Assembly (NCBI GenBank): GCA_964600385.1 | Contig: CAZRJC010000006.1 | Span: 33,323 to 97,322 of the forward strand | DNA: 64,000 bases | Direction of reading: 5' to 3' | From: an uncultured Muribaculaceae bacterium | GTDB lineage: Bacteria; Bacteroidota; Bacteroidia; Bacteroidales; UBA932 | Part shown: one piece after another, positions 31,494-40,406 of the stretch | Numbering within the stretch: the first letter of the stretch is position 1 | How the letters are laid out: every line of letters begins with the position of its first letter | Notes under the pieces: model-generated | What the model was told of the DNA's origin: nothing | The model's database searches: none | The model's input: only the letters and a program-made list of their open reading frames with translations | Position numbers and translations under genes: made by a program

Positions 31494-33125
31494 TCAGGCG
31501 GGATCGACGTCTACCTTGCACAGGGCCGGTAAAAAGGGTGACTGGCGGATAATACCGTAAAGCCTTTCTTTTACCGGTCCTATTTTTTCGCTTTTTGGAA
31601 CTGTCAGTTGTATTCCATAAGTAAACATCATATTTCTGCCTGAGGGGACGAAATAGGGACCGAAAACAGACAGGCCGGGAATGGTGCGTTCAATATGAGT
31701 TAGCATGCTTAAGGCAGATCTCTCGGCTACTGATTTTTTTCTGTGACTGAAAGAGAGGGCAATCAGCCGGGAAAAAGGAGGATAGCCAAATGTGCTTCTT
31801 TCCATAAGCAGTGAATGAACATAAGAGGATGGAAAGCCGAGGCTTAAAGCTTCGTAGAAAGGATCGGATATGTCTTGTGACTGAACAAATACGGGAACAG
31901 ACAGTTCTCCGGCCGCGTGTATGGCTGTTTTCAATAATTGAAAAGCTTGTTCATGCGCTCTGAAATGCTTTCCCGCCAAAAGCAGTTCTGCATTCAGAAA
32001 ACATATAAGAGACGGATTTTCAGACAATTCGTTTATAAGTTGCGGGGGAGTACAGTTGATGATTTGCGGTTGGATGTCCTCTTCATTGATCTGTTCCCGG
32101 GGTCCGTGAACAATAAGTACCTTTTCCCCCCGGGCAATGACATCCTTTATGGCTCCTGAAACAACCCGGTCAAAGAGGCCGTCCATTTCCTTCCGTTTTT
32201 CCGAACGTGTGGTGTCAATAACCACAGGAATAACCGGCTGCCCGCCTTTTCCCCGGACACCTATTCGTATGAATTTTTCTTTCAGGATATTGTATTCCGT
32301 TTCCAGCGATGGTGCCACGGTACCTAACACAACCCGTGCGTTGAATATTCTTCCCAGTACCAGGGAGGCGTCTCTTGAATGGATATATGGGAGCGAATCT
32401 GTTTTTTTATGTAAAGGACTTTGTTCGCTGTCTACAATTATAAGCCCGGGATTTTTAAAAGGCAGAAAAAGAACACGGTGCATTCCGGTAACAACACAGG
32501 GATTTCCTGCATAGAGCTGCCGTGCGGCCTCGTTCTGCTCCTTCCGGCTTCTTCTGGAATGATGGCAGTAAACACGATGGTCATGCAATACTTCTGACAG
32601 AAGGGCATGCAACCGATCGCATCCGGCCATATCGGGGCAGATAACAAGGCATTGCCTGTTCCGGGCGAGCGTTTCCCGGATCATCCGTACGTATTCGTCA
32701 AGCCGGTCAATGCCTTCCACCACTGCAGGTTTGCCGGGGTCCGTTACAGATACGGCTTCTTCAGGAAGGGGCTCTTTTTTGGATAGCCTTTTGAATCTCC
32801 ACGAGGGCATGGCAAATCCGGCCACTGTACCCTGTGGGCAGAGATAATAAGAAGCAATCCATTCCCAGAAAGAAAGAATCTCCGGAGACAGTACCGGCAG
32901 AGAGGTTTCCACAGCATCTACATATCGCAGCGGATGGTCAGGCTTGGGCTCGTCCCGGTCGAAAAAACCTGTTTGAGTAACAAATCCTGTAGATGTACTC
33001 TTTCCCACAACTGCGGTTACCTGTCTTCCCGGGCATACTGAGCTCTCCAGCGCTTCAGGAACCAGATATGTGTATGTTTCCTGCAGGGCCAGCGGGAAGA
33101 GGACCCTTACGTACATTACTTTCAT
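31494..33125 (-). CDS. PriA-like protein with degenerate helicase motifs and no zinc-binding region
   Basis: 543 aa counted from ATG 33125, which forms an ATGA overlap with the ispH stop. The PriA N-terminal (VRVLFPLALQETYTYLVPE..GRQVTAVVG) and C-terminal (FGYPPFSRLIALSF) signatures are present. Walker A, DEEH, SAT and GRAGR positions are substituted; see findings. Confidence 0.75.
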   Translation of the reverse strand: MKVMYVRVLFPLALQETYTYLVPEALESSVCPGRQVTAVVGKSTSTGFVTQTGFFDRDEPKPDHPLRYVDAVETSLPVLSPEILSFWEWIASYYLCPQGTVAGFAMPSWRFKRLSKKEPLPEEAVSVTDPGKPAVVEGIDRLDEYVRMIRETLARNRQCLVICPDMAGCDRLHALLSEVLHDHRVYCHHSRRSRKEQNEAARQLYAGNPCVVTGMHRVLFLPFKNPGLIIVDSEQSPLHKKTDSLPYIHSRDASLVLGRIFNARVVLGTVAPSLETEYNILKEKFIRIGVRGKGGQPVIPVVIDTTRSEKRKEMDGLFDRVVSGAIKDVIARGEKVLIVHGPREQINEEDIQPQIINCTPPQLINELSENPSLICFLNAELLLAGKHFRAHEQAFQLLKTAIHAAGELSVPVFVQSQDISDPFYEALSLGFPSSYVHSLLMERSTFGYPPFSRLIALSFSHRKKSVAERSALSMLTHIERTIPGLSVFGPYFVPSGRNMMFTYGIQLTVPKSEKIGPVKERLYGIIRQSPFLPALCKVDVDPA

Positions 33126-34006
33126 GGCAGCTGTTCCACGTTCCGGGCAATGGCCTTCATGAGCCATACCGGGGTAGATGTGGCTCCGCAAATACCAACA
33201 GAATCGCCGGGCCGGAACCATTCCGGATGAATATCCAATTCGTTTTCAATAAAATAGCTCCGCTCGTTAACCGATTTACAAATATTGTACAGCACTTTTC
33301 CGTTGGAGCTTTCTTTGCCACTGATAAAGAGTATTATGGAATGTGCCGAGGCAAAGGCCTCAAGTCCGGCCTGACGTCCGGAGACCTGTTTGCATATGGT
33401 ATTGAAAACAGTCAGGCGTTTGTCATCTCCGTCTTTCTGGATTATTCGTCTGCGTATTTCGCGGCAGAGCGCTTCATATTCGGAGGGATTCTTTGTCGTT
33501 TGAGAGAAAACAGAAACGGGTCCGTCGGGAAATCTCACCCCGTTGAGGTCCTCGATACGATCCAGGACAAGGGCGTTCCCCGACACTTGTCCGGTGAGTC
33601 CGTCCACTTCTGCATGACCCGGTTTCCCGAAAATGATTATCTGACCGCCCATGGGATGGATCCGTGCGTATTCTTTCCTGATTATCTTTTGCAATTGGAG
33701 TACAACGGGACAGGTACATTCTATCAGTTCAAGCTTTTTTTCTGCGGCCAGTTCATACGTAGACAGCGGCTCACCGTGTGCCCTTATCAGGACCTTTGTC
33801 CCGGCAGGAAGTTCATTAAGACCGTCTTTTGTAATGATCTTAAGCCCTTTTTTTCCCAGCCGCAGCAATTCTTCGTTATTGTGCACCACAGCCCCCAGGG
33901 AATAGAGCGTTTCTCCCGAGTCTACCAGTTGTTCTGCCCGTTCAATGGCACGTATCACCCCGCCGCAGAATCCTGAGTATTTATCTATTGTGGTTTTGTA
34001 CCCCAT
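33122..34006 (-). CDS. ispH: 4-hydroxy-3-methylbut-2-enyl diphosphate reductase
   Basis: 294 aa; IspH/LytB blocks (GFCGGV.RAI, VHN, CP.V...Q, SSN). Confidence 0.92.
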   Translation of the reverse strand: MGYKTTIDKYSGFCGGVIRAIERAEQLVDSGETLYSLGAVVHNNEELLRLGKKGLKIITKDGLNELPAGTKVLIRAHGEPLSTYELAAEKKLELIECTCPVVLQLQKIIRKEYARIHPMGGQIIIFGKPGHAEVDGLTGQVSGNALVLDRIEDLNGVRFPDGPVSVFSQTTKNPSEYEALCREIRRRIIQKDGDDKRLTVFNTICKQVSGRQAGLEAFASAHSIILFISGKESSNGKVLYNICKSVNERSYFIENELDIHPEWFRPGDSVGICGATSTPVWLMKAIARNVEQLP

Positions 34007-34686
34007 TTTTCTTTAAAAAGTTTCATAAACCACTCCATCTGCCGGGGAATGGTCATGTTGCCGTTATCGAGCACTATGGCGTCGTCTGCTCTGGACAGCG
34101 GATTTTTTGAACGGTGAGAATCCAGGTAATCCCGTTGTTCAACGTTGGCCAGCACTTCCTCGAATGTGGCGTTCTGTCCTTTGGCAAGCATCTCGTTCAG
34201 GCGCCTCCGGGCCCTGATCTCAACAGGTGCCGTCATGAAAATCTTAAGTTCGGCCTGTGGAAAAACGGCGGTACCAATGTCCCGGCCGTCCATGACAATG
34301 CCTTTGTTCTCGCCCCATTTCCTTAGCTGCCGGTCCACAAAATCCCTTACACAGGGCAATACGGAGACCGCACTTACGTTTTGTGAAACCTGTAGGCTCC
34401 TGATGGCATCCTCTACGTTTTTACCGTTCAGAAAGGTTACCGGAGAACCGTTTTCCGGCGATTTACTAAATGAAACCGATATATTGTTCAGATTGTTTTC
34501 TATGGCTGTTGCATTGAGTGTGCCGTTCGTGTCAATCCATCCGTTTTCAATGGCAAACCAGGTTATGGCCCTGTAAAAGGCACCTGAGTCGAGGTACAGG
34601 TAATCCAGCGCTGAGGCTATCATTTTGGCGAAGGTGCTTTTACCTGTAGAAGAATACCCGTCAATGGCAATGATGATCTTATTCAT
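33985..34686 (-). CDS. cmk: Cytidylate kinase
   Basis: 233 aa; IAIDGYSSTGKST P-loop, DSGAFYRA, MDGRDIGT. Confidence 0.92.
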   Translation of the reverse strand: MNKIIIAIDGYSSTGKSTFAKMIASALDYLYLDSGAFYRAITWFAIENGWIDTNGTLNATAIENNLNNISVSFSKSPENGSPVTFLNGKNVEDAIRSLQVSQNVSAVSVLPCVRDFVDRQLRKWGENKGIVMDGRDIGTAVFPQAELKIFMTAPVEIRARRRLNEMLAKGQNATFEEVLANVEQRDYLDSHRSKNPLSRADDAIVLDNGNMTIPRQMEWFMKLFKEKWGTKPQ

Positions 34687-34696
34687 AATATGGTTT

Positions 34697-34704
34697 CAAA
34701 TTTA
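34697..34704 (-). promoter_or_regulatory. -7 promoter box TAaaTTTG for cmk-ispH-priA-like operon
   Basis: Plus strand caaattta. The box ends 11 nt upstream of ATG 34686. Confidence 0.5.
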
Positions 34705-34709
34705 GTTGA

Positions 34710-34717
34710 TATCTTTG
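34710..34717 (+). promoter_or_regulatory. -7 promoter box TAtcTTTG for the sigma-54 response regulator gene
   Basis: tatctttg ends 20 nt upstream of ATG 34737. Confidence 0.5.
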
Positions 34718-34736
34718 TTATTCTAAAATTTTAGAT

Positions 34737-35909
34737 ATGCGTGTTCTTATTATTGATGACGAAAAAAGTATTCGAAATACCCTTAAGGAAATCCTGGAAT
34801 ATGAAGATCACGAAGTAGTGCTCGCAGAGAACGGGGAACAGGGTCTGGCAGCACTTGAGCAGAAGGACAAACCTTTTGATGCTGTTTTTTGTGACATCAA
34901 GATGCCGGGCATTGACGGTATTGAAGTGCTGGAGAAAATTCAGAAAATCGACGACATAGATGTCCCGGTCATTATGATTTCCGGTCATGGCAATATAGAT
35001 ACCGCAGTAGAGTGCATTAAGAAGGGAGCCTATGATTTTATAGAAAAGCCACTGGACCTTAACAGGATACTCATTACGCTGCGTAATGTGAGTGACCGTA
35101 CTTCCCTTGTGCAGGAAAATAAAACCCTCAAAAAGAAAGTAACCAGGGTGCCTCCGCTTATTGGCGAATCAGAACCCATCAAACGTATCTGGGATATGAT
35201 AGACAGGGTAGCTGCCACAGATGCCCGCGTACTGATTACCGGATCGAATGGAACAGGCAAAGAATTGGTTGCCAGATGGCTGCACGAAAAGAGTCCCCGC
35301 TCGAACATGCCTTTCGTGGAAGTCAACTGCGCTGCCATTCCCGGCGAACTCATTGAAAGCGAGTTGTTCGGGCACGAAAAAGGTTCATTTACCTCGGCCA
35401 TAAGGCAACATAAAGGAAAGTTTGAACAGGCCGACGGAGGAACACTGTTCCTGGACGAGATTGGCGACATGTCGCTGGCAGCCCAGGCAAAAGTGTTGCG
35501 TGTGTTGCAGGAAAACAGGATAACAAGAGTGGGATCGGATAAGGATATCAGCGTGAAAGTAAGGGTAGTGGCTGCCACCAATAAAGACCTGCCTGCTGAG
35601 ATTGAGAAAGGCACTTTCAGGGAAGACCTTTACCACAGATTGAGTGTTATTGTCATTCACGTTCCCACACTCTCGGAAAGGAAGGACGACATCCCTCTGC
35701 TGGCCGACTATTTCATTGATCAGGTATGCAACGAATACGGCATGGTCCGCAGAAGAATCACTCCCGAGGCCATAGAGGAGTTGAAAAAGCATACATGGAC
35801 CGGCAACATAAGGGAATTGCGCAACGTCATGGAAAGGCTTATAATCCTCACAACCGATGTTATTGGCATTGACGATGTAAAAGCCTATGCCAATCCGCTT
35901 TTCAGATAG
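34737..35909 (+). CDS. Sigma-54-dependent response regulator (receiver + AAA+ domain, no C-terminal HTH)
   Basis: 390 aa. Receiver with acidic pocket (IIDDE.., FCDIKMPGIDG). AAA+ domain (ITGSNGTGKE, GSFTSA variant of GAFTGA, GGTLFLDEIG, GNIRELRNVMERL). The protein ends about 20 aa after sensor II. Confidence 0.88.
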   Translation: MRVLIIDDEKSIRNTLKEILEYEDHEVVLAENGEQGLAALEQKDKPFDAVFCDIKMPGIDGIEVLEKIQKIDDIDVPVIMISGHGNIDTAVECIKKGAYDFIEKPLDLNRILITLRNVSDRTSLVQENKTLKKKVTRVPPLIGESEPIKRIWDMIDRVAATDARVLITGSNGTGKELVARWLHEKSPRSNMPFVEVNCAAIPGELIESELFGHEKGSFTSAIRQHKGKFEQADGGTLFLDEIGDMSLAAQAKVLRVLQENRITRVGSDKDISVKVRVVAATNKDLPAEIEKGTFREDLYHRLSVIVIHVPTLSERKDDIPLLADYFIDQVCNEYGMVRRRITPEAIEELKKHTWTGNIRELRNVMERLIILTTDVIGIDDVKAYANPLFR

Positions 35910-35912
35910 AGC

Positions 35913-38900
35913 TTATTTTTTTGGTATCCGGATATTGAAGCAGGCTCCTCCCCATTCGGAAGAAGAATAGGAAATGGTCCCCTGATACTGTTCCAGTATG
36001 CCGCGGCAGATAGCCAGTCCCAATCCCGTACCGCTGCTTTTGGTAGTGAAATTGGGTTTGAACAGTCTGTCCCTGTTTTCAGGTGCCACTCCCGGCCCGT
36101 TATCGGCAATCTGTATAAGGTATTTGTCACTTTCCTCTTCTACACGGACAGTGATCACGCCTATCGACTGGGATTCAACGGCCTGAATGGCATTACCCAG
36201 CAAATTGACCAGTACGCGGATGATTTGGGACCGCCGTCCTGTAATTCGTGCTTCCTGAACTGACGACTCAAAGTGGATTTTTATATGTTCCGAGGTGGAG
36301 AACAGCACAATCTGTTCCCTGATGAGGGAATTCAGCTCAATATCTACAGGATCCTCGGAATGGAAACGCGAGAAATTGGAAAATTCTGTTGCCGTCTCGG
36401 AAAGAATATTGATTTGTTCAAGGAGCGAAGCGGCTACCTTGTCAAAATGCTCTATCCATTTGGGCGAACCTTCCTGTTTAAGGCGTATGAGGTGTTGTAT
36501 GCTGAGCCTCATGGGGGTAAGCGGGTTCTTGATCTCGTGCGCGATCTGACGGGCCATCTCGCGCCACGCCTGCTCCCGTTCGGATTGAGCAAGACGCCGG
36601 GTACTTTCATCCAGATCGTCGGCCATTTTGTTGTAAGCCGCTACAAGCATCCCCAGTTCATCTTCCGAAGTGTATACAATGTGCTCGGCTTTTTTTGTCA
36701 CATCTATCTGGCTCAGTTTTTCCTCAAGAGCCACCAAAGGCCGTGTTATCTGATTTGAAAAGGTGAAACTCATGACAATGGCTGCCAGCAGAAGCAACAG
36801 GTAGAGGTTGATGACTGCCGCCACAATGGAAGAAGTGTCTTTGGTCACATCTGTTTGTCCGGAAAGATAGGGCACATTTATATAGGCTACCAGTGTCCCG
36901 TTGGTATTGTACAGCGGAGCGTACATGGAATAATAAGTCAGATTGCCAACCTGCTCTTTATGGGTGAACTGGCGGCTCTCCCTCTCGTTCAGTTCCATGA
37001 ATGCAGTGCCGTTCATGCGGGCACTCAGCAAATGGCGTTCGAATATCTCGGGTTGCGAAGACCGCATAAGCCTTCCGTGGGGATCGTACAGATTAACCTG
37101 TATCTGGATGTTTGTAGAAAGGCGGTTCATGGTGTTCATCAGTTCCAGGGCATTCCCGGCAGGATTATTGGTGCGGTCTGCATGACGGATATATTCTTCC
37201 AGAGATGTCTGGGCTGCCAGCATCTGATCCCTCATCTGTTTTTCATTGGTTTCCTCGTAAAGTTGCAATCCAAAACCGAGGCTTCCGAAGGCCATGAATA
37301 CAAGCGCCACCACCAGTGATCCGACCAATAACCAGGTGATCTTCCGGCGGAACGACTTTCGGGGCAGGTTCATCTGTATCTCCTTCGTGCGAAAAACTCC
37401 CAGAATGACAGAAAAAATGAATCCGTAGAACAAAAACAGATACGAGAGGGATACTATGTACGGGAACGGACTGCGAAGGGGACGGGTAATCACGAGTACT
37501 TTATTCTCCGTTTTGTAAGTAAAATGAAGTTGCCTGTCTTTCCTTTCCTGATAGAATCCGTCCTGTTCCGGAGGTGTAATCTTGCTGGCATAGGGGTAAT
37601 CTCCGCTGTTGGAGATTAATTTGCCGTCTATGTATTTGGCATAAGAATAATCGTAGGGTAATTTGAATTTATCGAGCTGCGACTTGTCTGAAAGCAGGGA
37701 AGGATATCCCAGTGCGTCCTTGACATAATGTGAATCGAGTTCTATGTACAGATCCTGTGATCCTCCGTAGCTGTAGTAAGTGAAAACGCCGATATAACTG
37801 ATATTTCCCAGGTTGTTATCCACATTATAAAAATGGGAATCTTCGGCCAAAGGAGTACCGTTGCGGAGTAATTCGCTGTGGAAGAAATTGTAACATGAGA
37901 CCGGTCCGGGCAGTCCGGCTACCATCAGTACGTCGCCCGGTTCGCAGATAGTAATCTGAATCTGGTATCGCTGCAGAAATTCCGAGAAATAATTTTCCTT
38001 GATACGGGAAAGAATCATATCGTGATCCTGTTCCATCTGGATCATAATGGACAAAATGGGGTCCATGGCTATGAGGCTTTCTACCCTGCGCAGCTGCATT
38101 TCCACTTCAAGGTCTCTTTCTACAGCCATCTTCTGTGTCCAGACCTCGTCCAGATTGTATTCCTTGATTTTACCGTAATACATGACCGTCAAAAGGCTGT
38201 ATGAAGCGGCAATGAAAACAAAAAGAAAAGTGAAGCGGGTCCCCGAGAAGAAAGACTGGACCGGAGTCCTGCTGACAAGCATCAATACCCTTACCAGGAG
38301 AAAGAGCGCAAGGAACAGCAGCGTAATGGAGAAGTAGGCCAGAACAGAAAACCAGGTTATCTCGTCCAGTTTAAAAAGTTCCAGAGTGATATTGGAATCC
38401 ATGGTAAGAGAGCGCAGAGTATGATGCACAAGGAAGATAATGCCAATACCCGTCAGGACCAGGATTGTATATACCGATATCCGGTGTGAACGCTTCAGCC
38501 CGGAATAAAGGGACAAAAAACCGAAACGCGCCATATAGATACTCCAGATACCGATATATACGAATAACGTATTGAGCATCATGGCCGCCAGAGAGTTCTC
38601 AAGTAACCCGCCTGCATAGAGAAGGGGAGAAAAGAACAAGCCGTCCAGTTGCAGGTATGAAGAAAAGGCAAAAAAGAGGAAACGAACAATTATCAGCCCG
38701 GCTATAATGTATAAAGCATATTTGAACTGTCTGTTGTTCCAAAAGAAAATAACTGTGGAAACCAAAAGGAAAAACAGGGCAAGCCACCTGAGTATAACGG
38801 TATCTGAATACGTTTGTTTGGCCGTGTCGCTCAAAATGGTAAACAGTACACCGTCGTTTTTCCCAAAGACGATGAAACCTTCATCGAGGTTTAGCGGAAC

Positions 38901-39470
38901 AATGGAACAGTAACCGGGCAGTTTCAGGTCTTTGTTGACATGCGAATCAACAAAATTATTGCTGAAAGGGAAGTCTGTCTGGATAAGGATCCCGGTGAGA
39001 ATATTCACATTGCCTTGTGAATACACCCGCACTACATACCATCCGCTTCCCAGGTTCATGTATTGCTCTGATTCATTCACTCCTGTTAGCGGTTGCTGAA
39101 GCAGCCTGTTACGCGAGAAAAACGAAAAGTTCGGAAATAAAACGTCCGGACTGTAGCTGTCGTTGATAATGGGGAAAGTGTTTACCCAGGACACAAGGCT
39201 GTCATCCACGTATTTGTAAACGACCATGTCTTCTTCCACTCCTTTGTCCGAAAGCCATTGGTAAGCATCTTTATCCAACTCCCGCACTGCGATCTTTTCT
39301 ATGGCCACCTGTTTTCTGTGGAGCACTTTCTCTACATCGACCAGACGCAACATTCTCCGATTGTGCGATGTGAGTTCAAAAAAGGAGAGTATCAGGCATA
39401 AAGCGGCCAGAATGAGCGGAATGGTTACCCTGTACTTCCGGATATATGGCACCAGATCATTGATTTTCAT
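35913..39470 (-). CDS. Large multi-TM sensor histidine kinase (HAMP-HisKA-HATPase C-terminus)
   Basis: 1185 aa counted from ATG 39470 (ATGA overlap with the rlmH stop). About 10 hydrophobic helices separate three large non-cytoplasmic-looking segments. H-box ARQIAHEIKNPLTPM; N/G boxes LLGNAIQA, DNGPGV, GTGLGLAI. Confidence 0.88.
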   Translation of the reverse strand: MKINDLVPYIRKYRVTIPLILAALCLILSFFELTSHNRRMLRLVDVEKVLHRKQVAIEKIAVRELDKDAYQWLSDKGVEEDMVVYKYVDDSLVSWVNTFPIINDSYSPDVLFPNFSFFSRNRLLQQPLTGVNESEQYMNLGSGWYVVRVYSQGNVNILTGILIQTDFPFSNNFVDSHVNKDLKLPGYCSIVPLNLDEGFIVFGKNDGVLFTILSDTAKQTYSDTVILRWLALFFLLVSTVIFFWNNRQFKYALYIIAGLIIVRFLFFAFSSYLQLDGLFFSPLLYAGGLLENSLAAMMLNTLFVYIGIWSIYMARFGFLSLYSGLKRSHRISVYTILVLTGIGIIFLVHHTLRSLTMDSNITLELFKLDEITWFSVLAYFSITLLFLALFLLVRVLMLVSRTPVQSFFSGTRFTFLFVFIAASYSLLTVMYYGKIKEYNLDEVWTQKMAVERDLEVEMQLRRVESLIAMDPILSIMIQMEQDHDMILSRIKENYFSEFLQRYQIQITICEPGDVLMVAGLPGPVSCYNFFHSELLRNGTPLAEDSHFYNVDNNLGNISYIGVFTYYSYGGSQDLYIELDSHYVKDALGYPSLLSDKSQLDKFKLPYDYSYAKYIDGKLISNSGDYPYASKITPPEQDGFYQERKDRQLHFTYKTENKVLVITRPLRSPFPYIVSLSYLFLFYGFIFSVILGVFRTKEIQMNLPRKSFRRKITWLLVGSLVVALVFMAFGSLGFGLQLYEETNEKQMRDQMLAAQTSLEEYIRHADRTNNPAGNALELMNTMNRLSTNIQIQVNLYDPHGRLMRSSQPEIFERHLLSARMNGTAFMELNERESRQFTHKEQVGNLTYYSMYAPLYNTNGTLVAYINVPYLSGQTDVTKDTSSIVAAVINLYLLLLLAAIVMSFTFSNQITRPLVALEEKLSQIDVTKKAEHIVYTSEDELGMLVAAYNKMADDLDESTRRLAQSEREQAWREMARQIAHEIKNPLTPMRLSIQHLIRLKQEGSPKWIEHFDKVAASLLEQINILSETATEFSNFSRFHSEDPVDIELNSLIREQIVLFSTSEHIKIHFESSVQEARITGRRSQIIRVLVNLLGNAIQAVESQSIGVITVRVEEESDKYLIQIADNGPGVAPENRDRLFKPNFTTKSSGTGLGLAICRGILEQYQGTISYSSSEWGGACFNIRIPKK

Positions 39471-39940
39471 ACGTGATGATAGGCTTCTCCCCTGATTATT
39501 GTAAAACATCTGTAGATTTGTTCCACGCACAATAAACGTACCAACTGATGGGGAAGAGTAAGAGCGGAAAGTGACCATTTGGCCTGGGCTCTCTCATATA
39601 CCTGCGAAGAAAATCCGTAGGCACCTCCAATCGCAAAAAGCAGGGATTTTGTACCTTTGCCCAGGTGTTGCTCTATTTGGAACGACATTTGCTTGGAAGT
39701 ATAAGTAGTGCCGTTTTCATCGAATAAGATCAGGCAGTCCTGAACTCCCACATTTTTCAGGAGCAAAAGTCCTTCTTTTTCTTTGATTTGTTGGATTGTG
39801 AGACCTCCCGTATTTTTTATGTCGGGCAGCTCAATGCGTTTGAAACTGATGTAGTGCTGCAATCGCTGTTCATATTCGCGAATGCCTTCACGTAAATAAG
39901 CTTCCTGCGTTTTTCCGACACAAAGCAGTACGATGTTCAT
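39467..39940 (-). CDS. rlmH: 23S rRNA (pseudouridine1915-N3)-methyltransferase
   Basis: 157 aa; SPOUT RlmH pattern (MNIVLLCVGK.., LFDENG, FAIGGAYGF, LSALTLPHQLVRL.L.EQIYR). Confidence 0.92.
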   Translation of the reverse strand: MNIVLLCVGKTQEAYLREGIREYEQRLQHYISFKRIELPDIKNTGGLTIQQIKEKEGLLLLKNVGVQDCLILFDENGTTYTSKQMSFQIEQHLGKGTKSLLFAIGGAYGFSSQVYERAQAKWSLSALTLPHQLVRLLCVEQIYRCFTIIRGEAYHHV

Positions 39941-39944
39941 AAGA

Positions 39945-39952
39945 CAAAAGTA
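39945..39952 (-). promoter_or_regulatory. -7 promoter box TActTTTG 4 nt upstream of the rlmH ATG
   Basis: Plus strand caaaagta; the minus-strand context is TACTTTTGtcttATG. Confidence 0.45.
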
Positions 39953-39994
39953 AGAAATAATGTGTAACTTGCCGTGTTTTTAAAGGTATTTGTT

Positions 39995-40405
39995 ATGATT
40001 AAGAACACCTTAACCTGTTTCCTGATGATGAGTGCCTGCCTCATGTCCCATTCCGTTTTATTGGGACAGGATGAACAGTCGAAGGTCATATTCACGTCCA
40101 TAGGTGAGGATATAAAAACGGGAGACGCCACTACTTTTTCCCAGTGGTTTGCCGATGACATGGAAATAGATGTGATGGGAAATGCGGGGGTTTGCAGTAA
40201 AAGTCAGGCACGCCAGGTAATGAAGAATTTTTATTCCAGATATACACCCAAGTCTTTTACAATAGTCCACCTGAGCGGTACATTGCCCATGCGTTATTGC
40301 ATAGGTACGCTTATGGCAGGAGGGGAGCGTTTCAGAGTGACGCTCTTTGTAAAGTCCCAGAGGGACTTACACAAAATCCAGCAGATACGTATAGAAAAAG
40401 ACTGA
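39995..40405 (+). CDS. Small secreted protein of unknown function (DUF4783-like; family name recalled from memory)
   Basis: 136 aa from ATG 39995 (MIKNTLTCFLMMSACLMSHSVLLGQ signal-like). No catalytic motif recognised. Confidence 0.6.
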   Translation: MIKNTLTCFLMMSACLMSHSVLLGQDEQSKVIFTSIGEDIKTGDATTFSQWFADDMEIDVMGNAGVCSKSQARQVMKNFYSRYTPKSFTIVHLSGTLPMRYCIGTLMAGGERFRVTLFVKSQRDLHKIQQIRIEKD

Positions 40406-40406
40406 T

